IMG/VR virus record: IMGVR_UViG_3300031992_000007
Coordinates: 128,001 to 192,000 of that record
DNA length: 64,000 nucleotides
Source: a virus
Lineage: Duplodnaviria > Caudoviricetes
Direction: 5' to 3' (one strand)
A program made the translations under genes and the position numbers. Positions 44,437 to 54,329 of this stretch are shown piece by piece (position 1 is the stretch's first letter; the number at the start of each line of letters is the position of its first letter). The notes below the pieces were generated by a model that did not search any database, was not told where the DNA came from, and saw only the letters and a program-made list of their open reading frames with translations.

Positions 44437-46461
44437 TTAGATAACCCTCGAGAAACCGAACAAGACATCATAATACCCATAGCCTGACCCAATACAATCC
44501 AAAGTTGGCAATGGATCCCTCATGAAGTCTTTGATGCCCTGGAATGCCAACTTGGTTGACAGAGCAGCATCGGAGATCACGTCAGACAGTCCATTGAACT
44601 TGACTGGAGTCTTGAGATCGGTCAAGATAGGAACGCCAACCTCTCCTTCATTGGGAGCCAAGAAGCAACGCAGCAGAACTTCGATAGCGAAGATGCTTAC
44701 GTCGGACTTGGTGTAAACCAATTCAGAGAAGTCACGCAGACATGCGGCGATGTTGGTGTAGGTACGGATGCCACCTTTGTCGGCCCCCATCAGGAACTTC
44801 TCAACTCGATTCACATAGCTCACCATATCGTCATTGGTAGACGTATAGAGGAACATCGGAAGATCGAAGTCGAAGTCGTCCATCGGGATGTCGATATAGT
44901 CGGCATCTGCAGCTATTTCCTTGTAGTGTTTCCTGAGGTATTCCATCGCATACATCGAGAAATACGGGAAGGTTGTCCCGTCGTTCATCTCGAGTAGTTC
45001 AATGACCTCGTTCTTGGGACTGACTATAGCGATCCTTGAGATGCGGGAGAAGTTGCTACCAGAAGGAAGAACTGCTCGTGTAAGATCGTTCAGCGGACCT
45101 AGCAGGTTGCTGTTCTCGATCCTGATCTTACATTTCTTAATACCCTTGGCTGCACCCTCCTGCCACATGATCGCGTCACCCGATCTCAGGAAGAACTTCA
45201 TCGTACGATCAGGTAGGTTGAACTCTTTGGAAGAAGTCTTGATCAGATGCTTCGCTGACAGGATCTTCTGAGTAACAGAAGACACCACCAAAGTTGCATA
45301 GTTGACACCTGGATGGATATCGGTTGGAAGATAGGCGCTGAGTTTCTGGTGCATGTAACCGGCACAGTGTTCACAGAACCCATCCTTGTGACGACACCCG
45401 AATACAGTCCACATTTGAACTGGACGTTCTACGAACAAGTCGATGTTGTCCTTGGTGATCTCAATGCTGTCATCCTCTGGATACTGCGGCCATTTCCTCT
45501 GAGCAAGTAGGTGTTTCGTGGTTTCGTCCACTCTCACGAACTTGCCGAGATAGTTGTACTTGTGTCCGTTCGGGATGATCACTTCCAGAGTGACATCGGA
45601 ACCACAGCTTCCTTTGTGCAGCACATGCATCTCTGTAGATGCGAGCTTGACTCGACGAGCGAAGTACTGTGCATCCTGAATAACTGCAGAGTTGAAATAC
45701 TCGGCCTTTTTGGCAGACAATGCCTCGATAGCGAAGTCTTCAGCACTCTTCAGTCCAGACATAGCAGACTCACTGATCGCATGTTTCATCATCTTATCGT
45801 CGATGTCGGAACGAGTGCCGTAGGCGTATAGCATCTGGGGCACCTGGTTTCGATTGAACAGCTTGGTACGCATGAACTTCTTGAGTTGATTATTCTCAAG
45901 TTGATCTCCAGCGATAAGAGCCATCATCTCTTTGGAGTCTCTCGCGAACTGTTGCTCGGCAACTTTGGAACCATGAGATGTGTCGATCTTCCTTGCAAGT
46001 ACTTCCTTGAGAGGAGACTGTGCACATAGTCCGGCAACACTCAGTATATCCAGTGACACCTGATACTGTCTTGTGTAGAAGTCGGCGAACGAAGAGAATC
46101 GATTGATAGCCAACCACACCTGAGCAACTGCTTCCATGTGATCGGGTATTCGATGGAATAGGATCAACTCATTGTAGATGGCGTTGGTGCAACGAGTCAC
46201 AGTGTCCGACGTGAAGCTGTAAGAAGCTTTGCCGGTCTCCTTATCCACAGACCTGTCTAGGAAGAATATACGATCTTTTGTGATCGGGATGTTGAAGTGC
46301 AGATATATTGGCCAGAGCAAGCTGTTCAGAACACATAATTGTGTAGGCAGCTTAGCGTGGCCATCGGCCAGCTGAATATCGACCTCTCCTTTTTCTCCGG
46401 CATACTTCTCAATGAACTTTGGTGACGCCACTTGCTCGGCAGTCATTTTTAGTTGTAGCAT
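44437..46461 (-). CDS. Non-virion RNAP beta' C-terminal subunit (gp74-like)
   Basis: YFARR, CG...C..GFCEHCAG zinc site, TQKILSAKH trigger-loop-like motif; synteny. Confidence 0.85.
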   Translation of the reverse strand: MLQLKMTAEQVASPKFIEKYAGEKGEVDIQLADGHAKLPTQLCVLNSLLWPIYLHFNIPITKDRIFFLDRSVDKETGKASYSFTSDTVTRCTNAIYNELILFHRIPDHMEAVAQVWLAINRFSSFADFYTRQYQVSLDILSVAGLCAQSPLKEVLARKIDTSHGSKVAEQQFARDSKEMMALIAGDQLENNQLKKFMRTKLFNRNQVPQMLYAYGTRSDIDDKMMKHAISESAMSGLKSAEDFAIEALSAKKAEYFNSAVIQDAQYFARRVKLASTEMHVLHKGSCGSDVTLEVIIPNGHKYNYLGKFVRVDETTKHLLAQRKWPQYPEDDSIEITKDNIDLFVERPVQMWTVFGCRHKDGFCEHCAGYMHQKLSAYLPTDIHPGVNYATLVVSSVTQKILSAKHLIKTSSKEFNLPDRTMKFFLRSGDAIMWQEGAAKGIKKCKIRIENSNLLGPLNDLTRAVLPSGSNFSRISRIAIVSPKNEVIELLEMNDGTTFPYFSMYAMEYLRKHYKEIAADADYIDIPMDDFDFDLPMFLYTSTNDDMVSYVNRVEKFLMGADKGGIRTYTNIAACLRDFSELVYTKSDVSIFAIEVLLRCFLAPNEGEVGVPILTDLKTPVKFNGLSDVISDAALSTKLAFQGIKDFMRDPLPTLDCIGSGYGYYDVLFGFSRVI

Positions 46462-46559
46462 GCGTGTTCCTTTCGTTAAAGGGTTAGTTATAACTTAGAG
46501 CTGAAATGTAATTAATAAACCTCTGTGGACCACTAAGGGCCCACAGAGATCTATCAGAC

Positions 46560-48719
46560 CTATGCGTCTTTCGGTGCAACACACGAATACCCAACGACAG
46601 AGCACATGTGATTGAACATGGCGATGTTCTGGTTCATCTTCAGCACCTCTTGAGTGTGCATCGGAATACCCAGGAACTGCGTCGGGTGAGGATCTGTCAA
46701 TAGACTCTTGCCCAGCTTAGAAATGATCTCCGGAGCCGAGCTATGCAAGGCATAGAACCTCGCTAGAGTAAGGTCTCTGATCGACATCGAGAGAATACAT
46801 GTTTCATCCTCGCCGAACTTCATTGGTGTGAGGCCCATGATAGCTTGTGACTTGACATGTTTGCTCTTCGGTTTGATCGGGAGTCGGAACTGCGACACAT
46901 AACCCAACTCGATAGCACTCAGCTGACTGGCAGGGAGTTTGCCCAGCACCATCATGTATTTGCTACCGATATAGGTCTTGGTCTTTGTCACGATAGTCCT
47001 TTTTCCACCTGTTTTTGGATCAGGAACATTGTAGCGCAAGTGCGTCTGACGCACTCCATACTTCTTGGCTATCTCCACCAGCTGTTCTGATGTTTGAGAT
47101 TCGCGGAAGCCATTGATCAGATACAGTCCATCGTTCAGACAGCACTCGGTGAAAGCCATCCTGTCGTTGTCTGTCGGCAGAGACTCACACACGAACTGTG
47201 CATACGCTGGCCGGAAGTCGTGGAAGAACTCGATGATGTAAGCGAACGCTTCTTTCCAATGTTGCCGGAAATCCATATTCGACACCCAGTCTTCCTTACC
47301 TTGATGGTTTTGCCAACCACCCAACCAACGATCTTTGACGGTCCTGATCACCATAACTCCAGCTCTGTTCCAGAACGCCTCCAACCACTGGGAAGGATTC
47401 ATTCGGTTAATGACTGAAGCAGGTGTCATGATGATATCAGCACGAACTCCGTCTTCATCTACAGGCATATCGGCTGCAGGACGGATTTCACTGACAACTC
47501 CTTTGCCTCCACTCCTATCGGTCAATTTCGAACCGAGTGTTAGCTTCCTCTTGTACGCATAGGTTATGATCACCACCATGAACTCAACTGGTTCACGAGC
47601 GTCGAAGAGTTGACCTGGTTTCTTGATGTACTCTTTGCTTCCGCTGAGCATGGCAGAACGAACAACCTGAGTATGGAACTCAGGAGAACACGGAAGACCT
47701 TCGCCATCCTTGGAGCACAACTGTTTATATGCCTGCAGGATAGTCTTCTCCTGATAACGGTGCTGATCCCGTATCTCGAAGAATTGTTTGTACTTTGTCG
47801 TGTCCTGGTTCTTAAGTCTCTTCTCAGCATCAGGACTGATGTACACATCCACGTCGACGATCTCAGCTCCAGCTGGAGCACGATGAACTTCGTCATGAAA
47901 GTGCTCGATGTTCCTAAGGTTGCTTGGAGAAGCATCTGTGTGGATGGTGCTCCTGTTCACAGACCTTAAAGCCAGTAATGCCCCATCCCAACGAACTTGT
48001 TCACCTATACCTGGGAAGCACTTATACTCTCCCTCATTACCATAAAGGTTGAGAGGTTGAGCATCATAGTCGATCGTGAGCTTGACTTGCTGAATGGCCG
48101 TGCTCTCACACTTCTTGGCAAACTCATCGCTCACCACGAAAGCGTCTTCAGTTGTACCCCAGTCACCGAGCCATACGACATTGGCGTTTACGCCAGCCAT
48201 GTATCGATTCCCCTTGTGAGAAGGAGATGTGGTAAGCTTGGTTCCTTTCGGGATCAAACTACCTTCGTACATCATGTCGTTATTGAACGCTAGCATCTGG
48301 TTCATGTAGCCGTAACCGTCATGAACCATCGTGTACCGACTCACATCGCAACAATGAACTTGTCGATCGTCTGCTCCAACATAGAGAACTTTCCAGCTTG
48401 GAATATACTTGGCTATCTCGGTGTAGTGAATCGGATCGAACTTGGGAATGATCCTTCGAATAAGACTGTCCTGAGAGATACGGCACGTGCTGAACTCATA
48501 CTTACCGAAGAGTTTCTCGTAACCAGTCATGATGCGAGGTTGCTCAGGGGTAGATAAGTTCATTCTTTGCGTGAAGTGAGACGCTGACATCATGAGCCTC
48601 TGACAGCTTGCATGTTGAATGAATGGGTTCAACAGTGTAGTGCCAGATATATACTCCGGCCGACAGATTAGGTCGGACGAGAGTGTATTCTGCATGAATT
48701 GCTTTACTGGTTTTGTCAT
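46560..48719 (-). CDS. Non-virion RNAP beta C-terminal subunit (gp71-73-like), uninterrupted
   Basis: LNPF..SCQRLMM, TEDAFVVS, GSKLTDRSGGKGVV, SVINRMNPSQ, KFGEDE. Confidence 0.9.
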   Translation of the reverse strand: MTKPVKQFMQNTLSSDLICRPEYISGTTLLNPFIQHASCQRLMMSASHFTQRMNLSTPEQPRIMTGYEKLFGKYEFSTCRISQDSLIRRIIPKFDPIHYTEIAKYIPSWKVLYVGADDRQVHCCDVSRYTMVHDGYGYMNQMLAFNNDMMYEGSLIPKGTKLTTSPSHKGNRYMAGVNANVVWLGDWGTTEDAFVVSDEFAKKCESTAIQQVKLTIDYDAQPLNLYGNEGEYKCFPGIGEQVRWDGALLALRSVNRSTIHTDASPSNLRNIEHFHDEVHRAPAGAEIVDVDVYISPDAEKRLKNQDTTKYKQFFEIRDQHRYQEKTILQAYKQLCSKDGEGLPCSPEFHTQVVRSAMLSGSKEYIKKPGQLFDAREPVEFMVVIITYAYKRKLTLGSKLTDRSGGKGVVSEIRPAADMPVDEDGVRADIIMTPASVINRMNPSQWLEAFWNRAGVMVIRTVKDRWLGGWQNHQGKEDWVSNMDFRQHWKEAFAYIIEFFHDFRPAYAQFVCESLPTDNDRMAFTECCLNDGLYLINGFRESQTSEQLVEIAKKYGVRQTHLRYNVPDPKTGGKRTIVTKTKTYIGSKYMMVLGKLPASQLSAIELGYVSQFRLPIKPKSKHVKSQAIMGLTPMKFGEDETCILSMSIRDLTLARFYALHSSAPEIISKLGKSLLTDPHPTQFLGIPMHTQEVLKMNQNIAMFNHMCSVVGYSCVAPKDA

Positions 48720-49481
48720 TTACTTAACTCCTCTCGCGGTTTTAAGTGCTTTGAACTCTACTTCAGCTTCAGCTATTTTGGCTTTGACTGCCTCAATCTG
48801 CTCGGCTGGAGCATTGGTAGAAATCAAACGTTCTAGTGTCTTACGACCATTTAGGGCTCTCATGTAAGCCTTACGTTCTTCCCGATGCTGTTTAAGATAG
48901 ACCGCATTCCTTTGTTTGCGTTCTTCTTTATGGGATTCTTCATACCTCTTTAATGTAGACTGGACTTTTGACTTGTTCTGTACGTAGTATTCCTTTTGAC
49001 GAGCAGAAATTTCTTCTTTGTGTTCCTCACGGTATTCTCTGTCTTTAGCCAGGCATTGTTCACGGTGAGTCGCGTAGTACTTACGAGAGTGTGTAGCATG
49101 TGCTTCTTTGTGTTCTTGTCTGTACTCCGCTTGACGGATGCGGACATTCGGGTCTACCTTGCGACGTTGACGTTCACGTGCATTTATTTGGTCACGGTGT
49201 GTCCTACCGTATTCCGCAGCAAGTGCACGAGCCTTTATAACATCAGGATCTGTCGAATCTACAGGGTCTATACCCATGAGTTTCATCGACTTATGAAGCT
49301 TAACGTGATCTGACACGCTCATTAATATCAAATTATCCGGATCGTTATTGTGACCATTACCATCGATGTGATGGATCACATATCCCTTAGGAATTTTCAT
49401 CCCATGAGTTCGTTCCCACACAACACGATGTTCGCGGACGATATTCCCATCGTCATCTATAGTCTGATCATATCGAGCCAT
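48720..49481 (-). CDS. Free-standing HNH endonuclease with YxxxHKEE helical repeats
   Basis: EHRVVWE..IHHIDGNGHNNDPDNL..DH..LH; start revised to ATG 49481 (SD AAGGAG). Confidence 0.88.
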   Translation of the reverse strand: MARYDQTIDDDGNIVREHRVVWERTHGMKIPKGYVIHHIDGNGHNNDPDNLILMSVSDHVKLHKSMKLMGIDPVDSTDPDVIKARALAAEYGRTHRDQINARERQRRKVDPNVRIRQAEYRQEHKEAHATHSRKYYATHREQCLAKDREYREEHKEEISARQKEYYVQNKSKVQSTLKRYEESHKEERKQRNAVYLKQHREERKAYMRALNGRKTLERLISTNAPAEQIEAVKAKIAEAEVEFKALKTARGVK

Positions 49482-49595
49482 ATTACCATCTCCTTGAAAT
49501 GTAAAATGTAATAGGACGGCCAGAGCACATTGTATGCAAGGTTTCCTAGTTACCATAAAGGTAATATATGCTTAACTTTCTGAAGGGAATTTATC

Positions 49596-49961
49596 ATGGA
49601 AGAGAACCAGAGACTGTCTGAACGTATGCACAGTGCGTTTCCGCTCTATGGACCTGGAGATCCACTGTGGGATCAATTTGTCCGAGATCACAAAGAGTGG
49701 CTGAAGAAACAATGCATTCTCAAAAAGTTCAAACCAGAGGAACTCCTTCAGTATCGGTTTCTACCAGCTGAGTTCTTCGTTAGCCAAGAGGGGCAGTTCC
49801 CTGCCACTTGGATTTTCATGTTGGTTAATGGCATTGCCTCACCTATGGAGTTTAACGAAAGTAGAACTCAGTGGTATATCCCGCCACCGGAGATTATAGC
49901 TGAGCTGTACAGCCAGTATGTCTCCTGTACAAGGTCGACTGACATGGAAGACGTTGTTTGA
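49596..49961 (+). CDS. Conserved jumbo-phage protein (baseplate wedge-like)
   Basis: WIFMLVNGIASPMEF..YIP motif resembles the T4 gp53/LysM-like wedge family. Confidence 0.5.
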   Translation: MEENQRLSERMHSAFPLYGPGDPLWDQFVRDHKEWLKKQCILKKFKPEELLQYRFLPAEFFVSQEGQFPATWIFMLVNGIASPMEFNESRTQWYIPPPEIIAELYSQYVSCTRSTDMEDVV

Positions 49962-49964
49962 CCA

Positions 49965-50483
49965 TCACTGCATACCTTCAGCAACAGCACCAGCTGCTGC
50001 GATCTGTTTGAGGCGGATGAACTCCTTCTGATAGAGTTTGCTGCCGATAATGAAGATCAGCAGTTCCGGGTTCTCTCTGAGGGTAGCTGTCACTTTCTGT
50101 AATACGACTTTATCCTTATCGGTTTTGTTAAACACCTTGCCTACGGCAGTGATGCCGTGGGCGGTGTTGTTTATTAGAGCGTCCATGAACTCCACTCCAA
50201 GGATAGAGTAAAGATCAGTCAACACTCCGTGACAACGAGCGACGATAAAGTTGTTCGCATCGTTACGCAGTCTCCGGATTTGATTGGTTATCTGGAGACG
50301 GACCTTTTCCTGAACAAGGGTTGAATAGTCAGAGGTGAACAGAACCTGGGCTGTGCTCCCAGAGTTGAACAAAAGGTCGTCCTTGTTAAGGACGTTAATC
50401 GAAAGCTCACGCTCGAAGAACGCGGTTATAAGTGAACACGCGTACTCGTATCGAGCGACGTAATCAGATTCAAGTTTTTTCAT
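49965..50483 (-). CDS. Hypothetical protein
   Basis: SD AAGGAG. Confidence 0.7.
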   Translation of the reverse strand: MKKLESDYVARYEYACSLITAFFERELSINVLNKDDLLFNSGSTAQVLFTSDYSTLVQEKVRLQITNQIRRLRNDANNFIVARCHGVLTDLYSILGVEFMDALINNTAHGITAVGKVFNKTDKDKVVLQKVTATLRENPELLIFIIGSKLYQKEFIRLKQIAAAGAVAEGMQ

Positions 50484-50491
50484 AAGTCTCC

Positions 50492-51451
50492 TTACCAGCA
50501 GGCTAGAGGATCAGGACAGGTGTGTCCAGACATACCATTCACGATTGTACCGCCACCAAGAATCATACTTCCATTCCAGTTAAGGTTACCTTCACGAAGT
50601 ATAGACGGTGCTGTTAGAGAATGAGTCACAGTCTCTTCAGTTATACTAGCTCCCATCACTTTAGAGTAAGTGGTTCCATCTATGGTCTGTGTTGGAGCTG
50701 AGCGACTGTAGGAAGTCCCTGCTTTAACCACGATGTTTTTACCTGCTTCCATGGTTATCGTATCTCGACAGTTGATGAAGATATTTTCCTTATCAAGGAT
50801 CACATTACTGTCATCAACGTTGTGCAAGTGCCATTTATGCTCACAAGTCCACAGATGCAAGAAATTACCTTTGCAGTCGTGGAAGACCATCTCACCTTTT
50901 TCTGGCCAGATGTACCAGTCGTATCCAACTCGTTCTCCGTCTGCTTTGGATGTGTGAAGATGAACTTGTTTAGAACCTTTGTTGGTATTGATATCAAGGA
51001 AGTACGAGTTCGTGTCCATTACCTCTTTGTAGGATTCTGGAACAACTGAACTCGGCTGAGCCATTGCGAACCAACGAATGCGCTCGTGTAGACGCAAGCT
51101 TGGGTCTCTTCCAAGTGGTAGCCAGTACATCTGTTCGTTACCCGCGTAGTTCAGGACGCGCACACGTTCACCTTTGTGTATGCAAGGGACAATAGAGTTA
51201 GGCTGACCGAGATAAGTGCAAGTAACAGTTCTCTTGATATGAATCATGTGACACCCACCAGGGCACTGCCACATAAACGGAACACCGACCTTTTGATCTA
51301 TGACCTTGCCTGGACATCCTTGAATGTCCGGAATGAACTCCGGAATGTAGACGTCGATGTTCAATGTTTCGCCGTCGGTAATAGTAGTGTTAGATGTTCC
51401 AACCCACTCTGCCCACGGTGATGATACTGGTACTTCCATAGTTACCTCCAA
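50492..51451 (-). CDS. Baseplate central spike / tail tip protein
   Basis: OB-like N-half (GERVRV..YWLPLGRD), HLHTSKADGE, beta-helix-like C-terminal repeats. Confidence 0.7.
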   Translation of the reverse strand: MEVTMEVPVSSPWAEWVGTSNTTITDGETLNIDVYIPEFIPDIQGCPGKVIDQKVGVPFMWQCPGGCHMIHIKRTVTCTYLGQPNSIVPCIHKGERVRVLNYAGNEQMYWLPLGRDPSLRLHERIRWFAMAQPSSVVPESYKEVMDTNSYFLDINTNKGSKQVHLHTSKADGERVGYDWYIWPEKGEMVFHDCKGNFLHLWTCEHKWHLHNVDDSNVILDKENIFINCRDTITMEAGKNIVVKAGTSYSRSAPTQTIDGTTYSKVMGASITEETVTHSLTAPSILREGNLNWNGSMILGGGTIVNGMSGHTCPDPLACW

Positions 51452-51521
51452 AAAATAAAACCCAGGGACTGAGCCGTTGTGGCTCGGTCTCCTGGGTCTT
51501 CTGCACGCTTAGTGTGCCGCG

Positions 51522-52646
51522 TTAGAACGACAGGGAACTCAATGGGTTACCCCATCCAACGGTTCCTCCTGCAGCCCGTAGTCCCCGCATCATCGCAGGA
51601 ACAGCACGAGGGTTGGGAAGAGATGCGCTGAACTTGGAACCCGACATCGAGAAGCGAGTCCGAGCAACACCCTCCATCATCTTGCTGGAGAGAGGAGCTG
51701 GAGCAGACGATGTGCCTGCGGCTGAGAACCTGGACGCAGTCATGACTCCCTTGTCACCGAACGGAGATTCGGACCTGACCGTAGCCGTAGCCACAGTACC
51801 AGAAACACCTTTCTCCTTGATCGGCGAGGAAGAACTGGATGCGTACCACTGCATCGCCTTGTGATAAGCCGCAAGACGACCAGCATGTTCATCGAGCTCC
51901 GCAACCTTCAACTGAACTCCCGTCAACGCCTCATACTTCGACGCGATCCTCTTCAACACGTCCAGAAGAACGTGGAAGATTGCATCCATACGAGGGCATC
52001 CGATCAGAGTCGCTTCATAATAGATTTGCGTCGGTTTGTCAGTCTCGAGCAAATACTTCATGATGTCCCTGATCAGACGGATGGAACTCAGTCTGAGTTT
52101 ACCCTTCATCTTGGTCTCGAACTCTTCTGTGAATACAGAAGATTGCAACTGGGCTGTGTGCTTCTCCCTCTTGTAGAAGATGAAGCCGATCTCAGAACCA
52201 CGAAGCTCGTGATTGTTCAGCTCCTTGACGAACGTCTTGTCCATCCTCTCGATGAACTCGGACATGATGTCCGCTGACTTGAACGACGCGTCCTTCTCTG
52301 TGTTGATGGCATAGTCAGCCATCGACTTCATTGCCTGACGAAGGAGGCAACCAGGAAGAACCTGGAGGAACCCGAAGAACCAATCTTTCTCCGGGTAATA
52401 GCCAACGACCTCTGTGAACGGGTTGACTGCAACCACATCGGGATTGGTCTTCTGGTTTTGTTTGTAAAGACCTATCGCCTTGTTAACTGCATTCTTCCCT
52501 CCGTGTGTACGAACACCGACGAACTCATCGGTGGCTTTGTCTATAACGCGGTTCTCGCTGTCGATGTAGAACACATCGCCTATCTCGATGAGCGTCTTGA
52601 GGAACTCATAGACGTTGTCCGCGTTGAACGTAACTTCTGTTCCCAT
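51522..52646 (-). CDS. Conserved hypothetical protein (gp70-like position)
   Basis: 374 aa, VNPFTE motif; synteny. Confidence 0.55.
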   Translation of the reverse strand: MGTEVTFNADNVYEFLKTLIEIGDVFYIDSENRVIDKATDEFVGVRTHGGKNAVNKAIGLYKQNQKTNPDVVAVNPFTEVVGYYPEKDWFFGFLQVLPGCLLRQAMKSMADYAINTEKDASFKSADIMSEFIERMDKTFVKELNNHELRGSEIGFIFYKREKHTAQLQSSVFTEEFETKMKGKLRLSSIRLIRDIMKYLLETDKPTQIYYEATLIGCPRMDAIFHVLLDVLKRIASKYEALTGVQLKVAELDEHAGRLAAYHKAMQWYASSSSSPIKEKGVSGTVATATVRSESPFGDKGVMTASRFSAAGTSSAPAPLSSKMMEGVARTRFSMSGSKFSASLPNPRAVPAMMRGLRAAGGTVGWGNPLSSLSF

Positions 52647-52664
52647 TTGGTTTATCCTTTCTGA

Positions 52665-54305
52665 TTAGAATGAGAGATCTCCTGCACCGTAGTTGGGAGC
52701 ACTTGCATCAGCAGGTTGTTCTGCGTGCGAGTAGTCTTGAACTTCAGGCGCAGCCTGGTCGATGTCGAATGCTGGATTACCGAGTGCACCGAACTGAGTC
52801 TTGCCTTGGGTGAGCAAGAGCAACTGGCTCAACACATGTCCATTGCCTCTGAATGTGGCAAGATTACCGACACTGGTTGTGGTCACAGCACCCATTCGCA
52901 TAGGCGACTCGATCCACGCATCGGCGGACAGGTTGGTATTCATGTCGAAGTCATCCAGCTGAAGGTTGACTAGACACTCGCCAGTGTTGGAATACCTCAC
53001 AGCAACTGTAAAGTCTCCAACTACAGGAACGATGAACATCGCCACGTTCTTTTCGAACATCATCTTGAACATTTCGACCGCACTCACCAGAGTCTTCTTG
53101 AGCAGCTCAGGATCATTGGGAGGTGACACCAGATAAGTATCTTCAGGTGCGACCTGGAAGGTACTCGGCATCGACTCTTCGAAGGAGGACTTCATTGGAT
53201 CATTTGAAGTATACATGAACGATATGGACGATAGTCCTGTATCCATCGCAAGACCTATGATTGAACTCCCAATGAACGACGAGTACGCGACCTTGGGATT
53301 CTCCAAGTTCTGCGGCACTACTTCGTATTGTGCAGTCGGACTGACTCTCTGAACTTTTATCTTGAGACCGTTGTTATACATCCGATCGAGTTCGCCGATG
53401 GATATCAACTTGGTGACATCGATACCGTTTGTCTGTGGACGGCATCCCATCGAGAGCTGTGACATCTTGTTCGTGAACCCGGTCTTGTATTGGTCGAGAT
53501 CGTCTGCAGGCGACAACGTATCCAGACTGCTGAGCCCGTCTGGAGAGAACTCAGAAGCTTTCGCTTCCTTGTTCTGAGTATCAAGACCCTTGAGGATCTT
53601 GCTCATGTGAACACCTGGAGTCTTGAGTGCAACCGGAACAGGATTTCTGTTCATTGCAGCGATGGCACACTGTTGCTCCTGGGACATTGCAATATCACCA
53701 TCGTCGAAGTACTCGAGAACAGTGAACGGTGTAGTCAAGAACAACTGTTGATTGTTTGAACCGAGTTCTATCGACGGATCGATGATATCCTCGGCTGCCA
53801 TGATCCTCTGCTTTTGATACATTCCACCCGCACCTGCCTGCAGGTTAGACCTCATCAACTGACGGCTGTGAACCAGCAGCTGACAATTCTCGTTGATCGA
53901 ACCCATCGGTCCAACGGGCTCGTCGAGACACTGACCCGTCATGATCGTGGTAATAAAACCCGACGACTGAATAGCCAAACTCTTGTAGTTGTTCGGCTGT
54001 CTGATGAACAAGAGGAACGTCCACATCGTCGATGCAACATCCATGCTCAGGTTCACACCTTGGGGATGAGGCCGGATACATCCAGCCACTTCCTCTTTAC
54101 TTGCGATATCCTGTCGCTTGAAAGCGTCGGACATAACTCCTTCGCCAGCACCAAGTAATGTGTCAACAGCCTCATTCGTGAACTGATACACATACGGCCT
54201 CATGACCTGATCTCCGTAGATCCTCGGGGTGTAGAGAAACAGAATAGCTATTGGCTTATTCGGATTCTCCGCACCAGGGATAAACGGATTCATGTTATCC
54301 ATCAT
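52665..54305 (-). CDS. Probable gp69/PicA(Imp1)-like phage-nucleus import protein
   Basis: 546 aa, QVMRPY and WTFLL motifs; position between gp68- and gp70-like genes; internal promoter ATATATTAC at 54445-54453. Confidence 0.5.
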   Translation of the reverse strand: MMDNMNPFIPGAENPNKPIAILFLYTPRIYGDQVMRPYVYQFTNEAVDTLLGAGEGVMSDAFKRQDIASKEEVAGCIRPHPQGVNLSMDVASTMWTFLLFIRQPNNYKSLAIQSSGFITTIMTGQCLDEPVGPMGSINENCQLLVHSRQLMRSNLQAGAGGMYQKQRIMAAEDIIDPSIELGSNNQQLFLTTPFTVLEYFDDGDIAMSQEQQCAIAAMNRNPVPVALKTPGVHMSKILKGLDTQNKEAKASEFSPDGLSSLDTLSPADDLDQYKTGFTNKMSQLSMGCRPQTNGIDVTKLISIGELDRMYNNGLKIKVQRVSPTAQYEVVPQNLENPKVAYSSFIGSSIIGLAMDTGLSSISFMYTSNDPMKSSFEESMPSTFQVAPEDTYLVSPPNDPELLKKTLVSAVEMFKMMFEKNVAMFIVPVVGDFTVAVRYSNTGECLVNLQLDDFDMNTNLSADAWIESPMRMGAVTTTSVGNLATFRGNGHVLSQLLLLTQGKTQFGALGNPAFDIDQAAPEVQDYSHAEQPADASAPNYGAGDLSF

Positions 54306-54329
54306 CTTTCTAACCTCCTGAAGTTTGTT

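Noticed and set aside
44437-48719. Introns or inteins in the RNAP subunits
   Set aside because: ORFs are continuous, of expected size, with no intein or intron signatures seen
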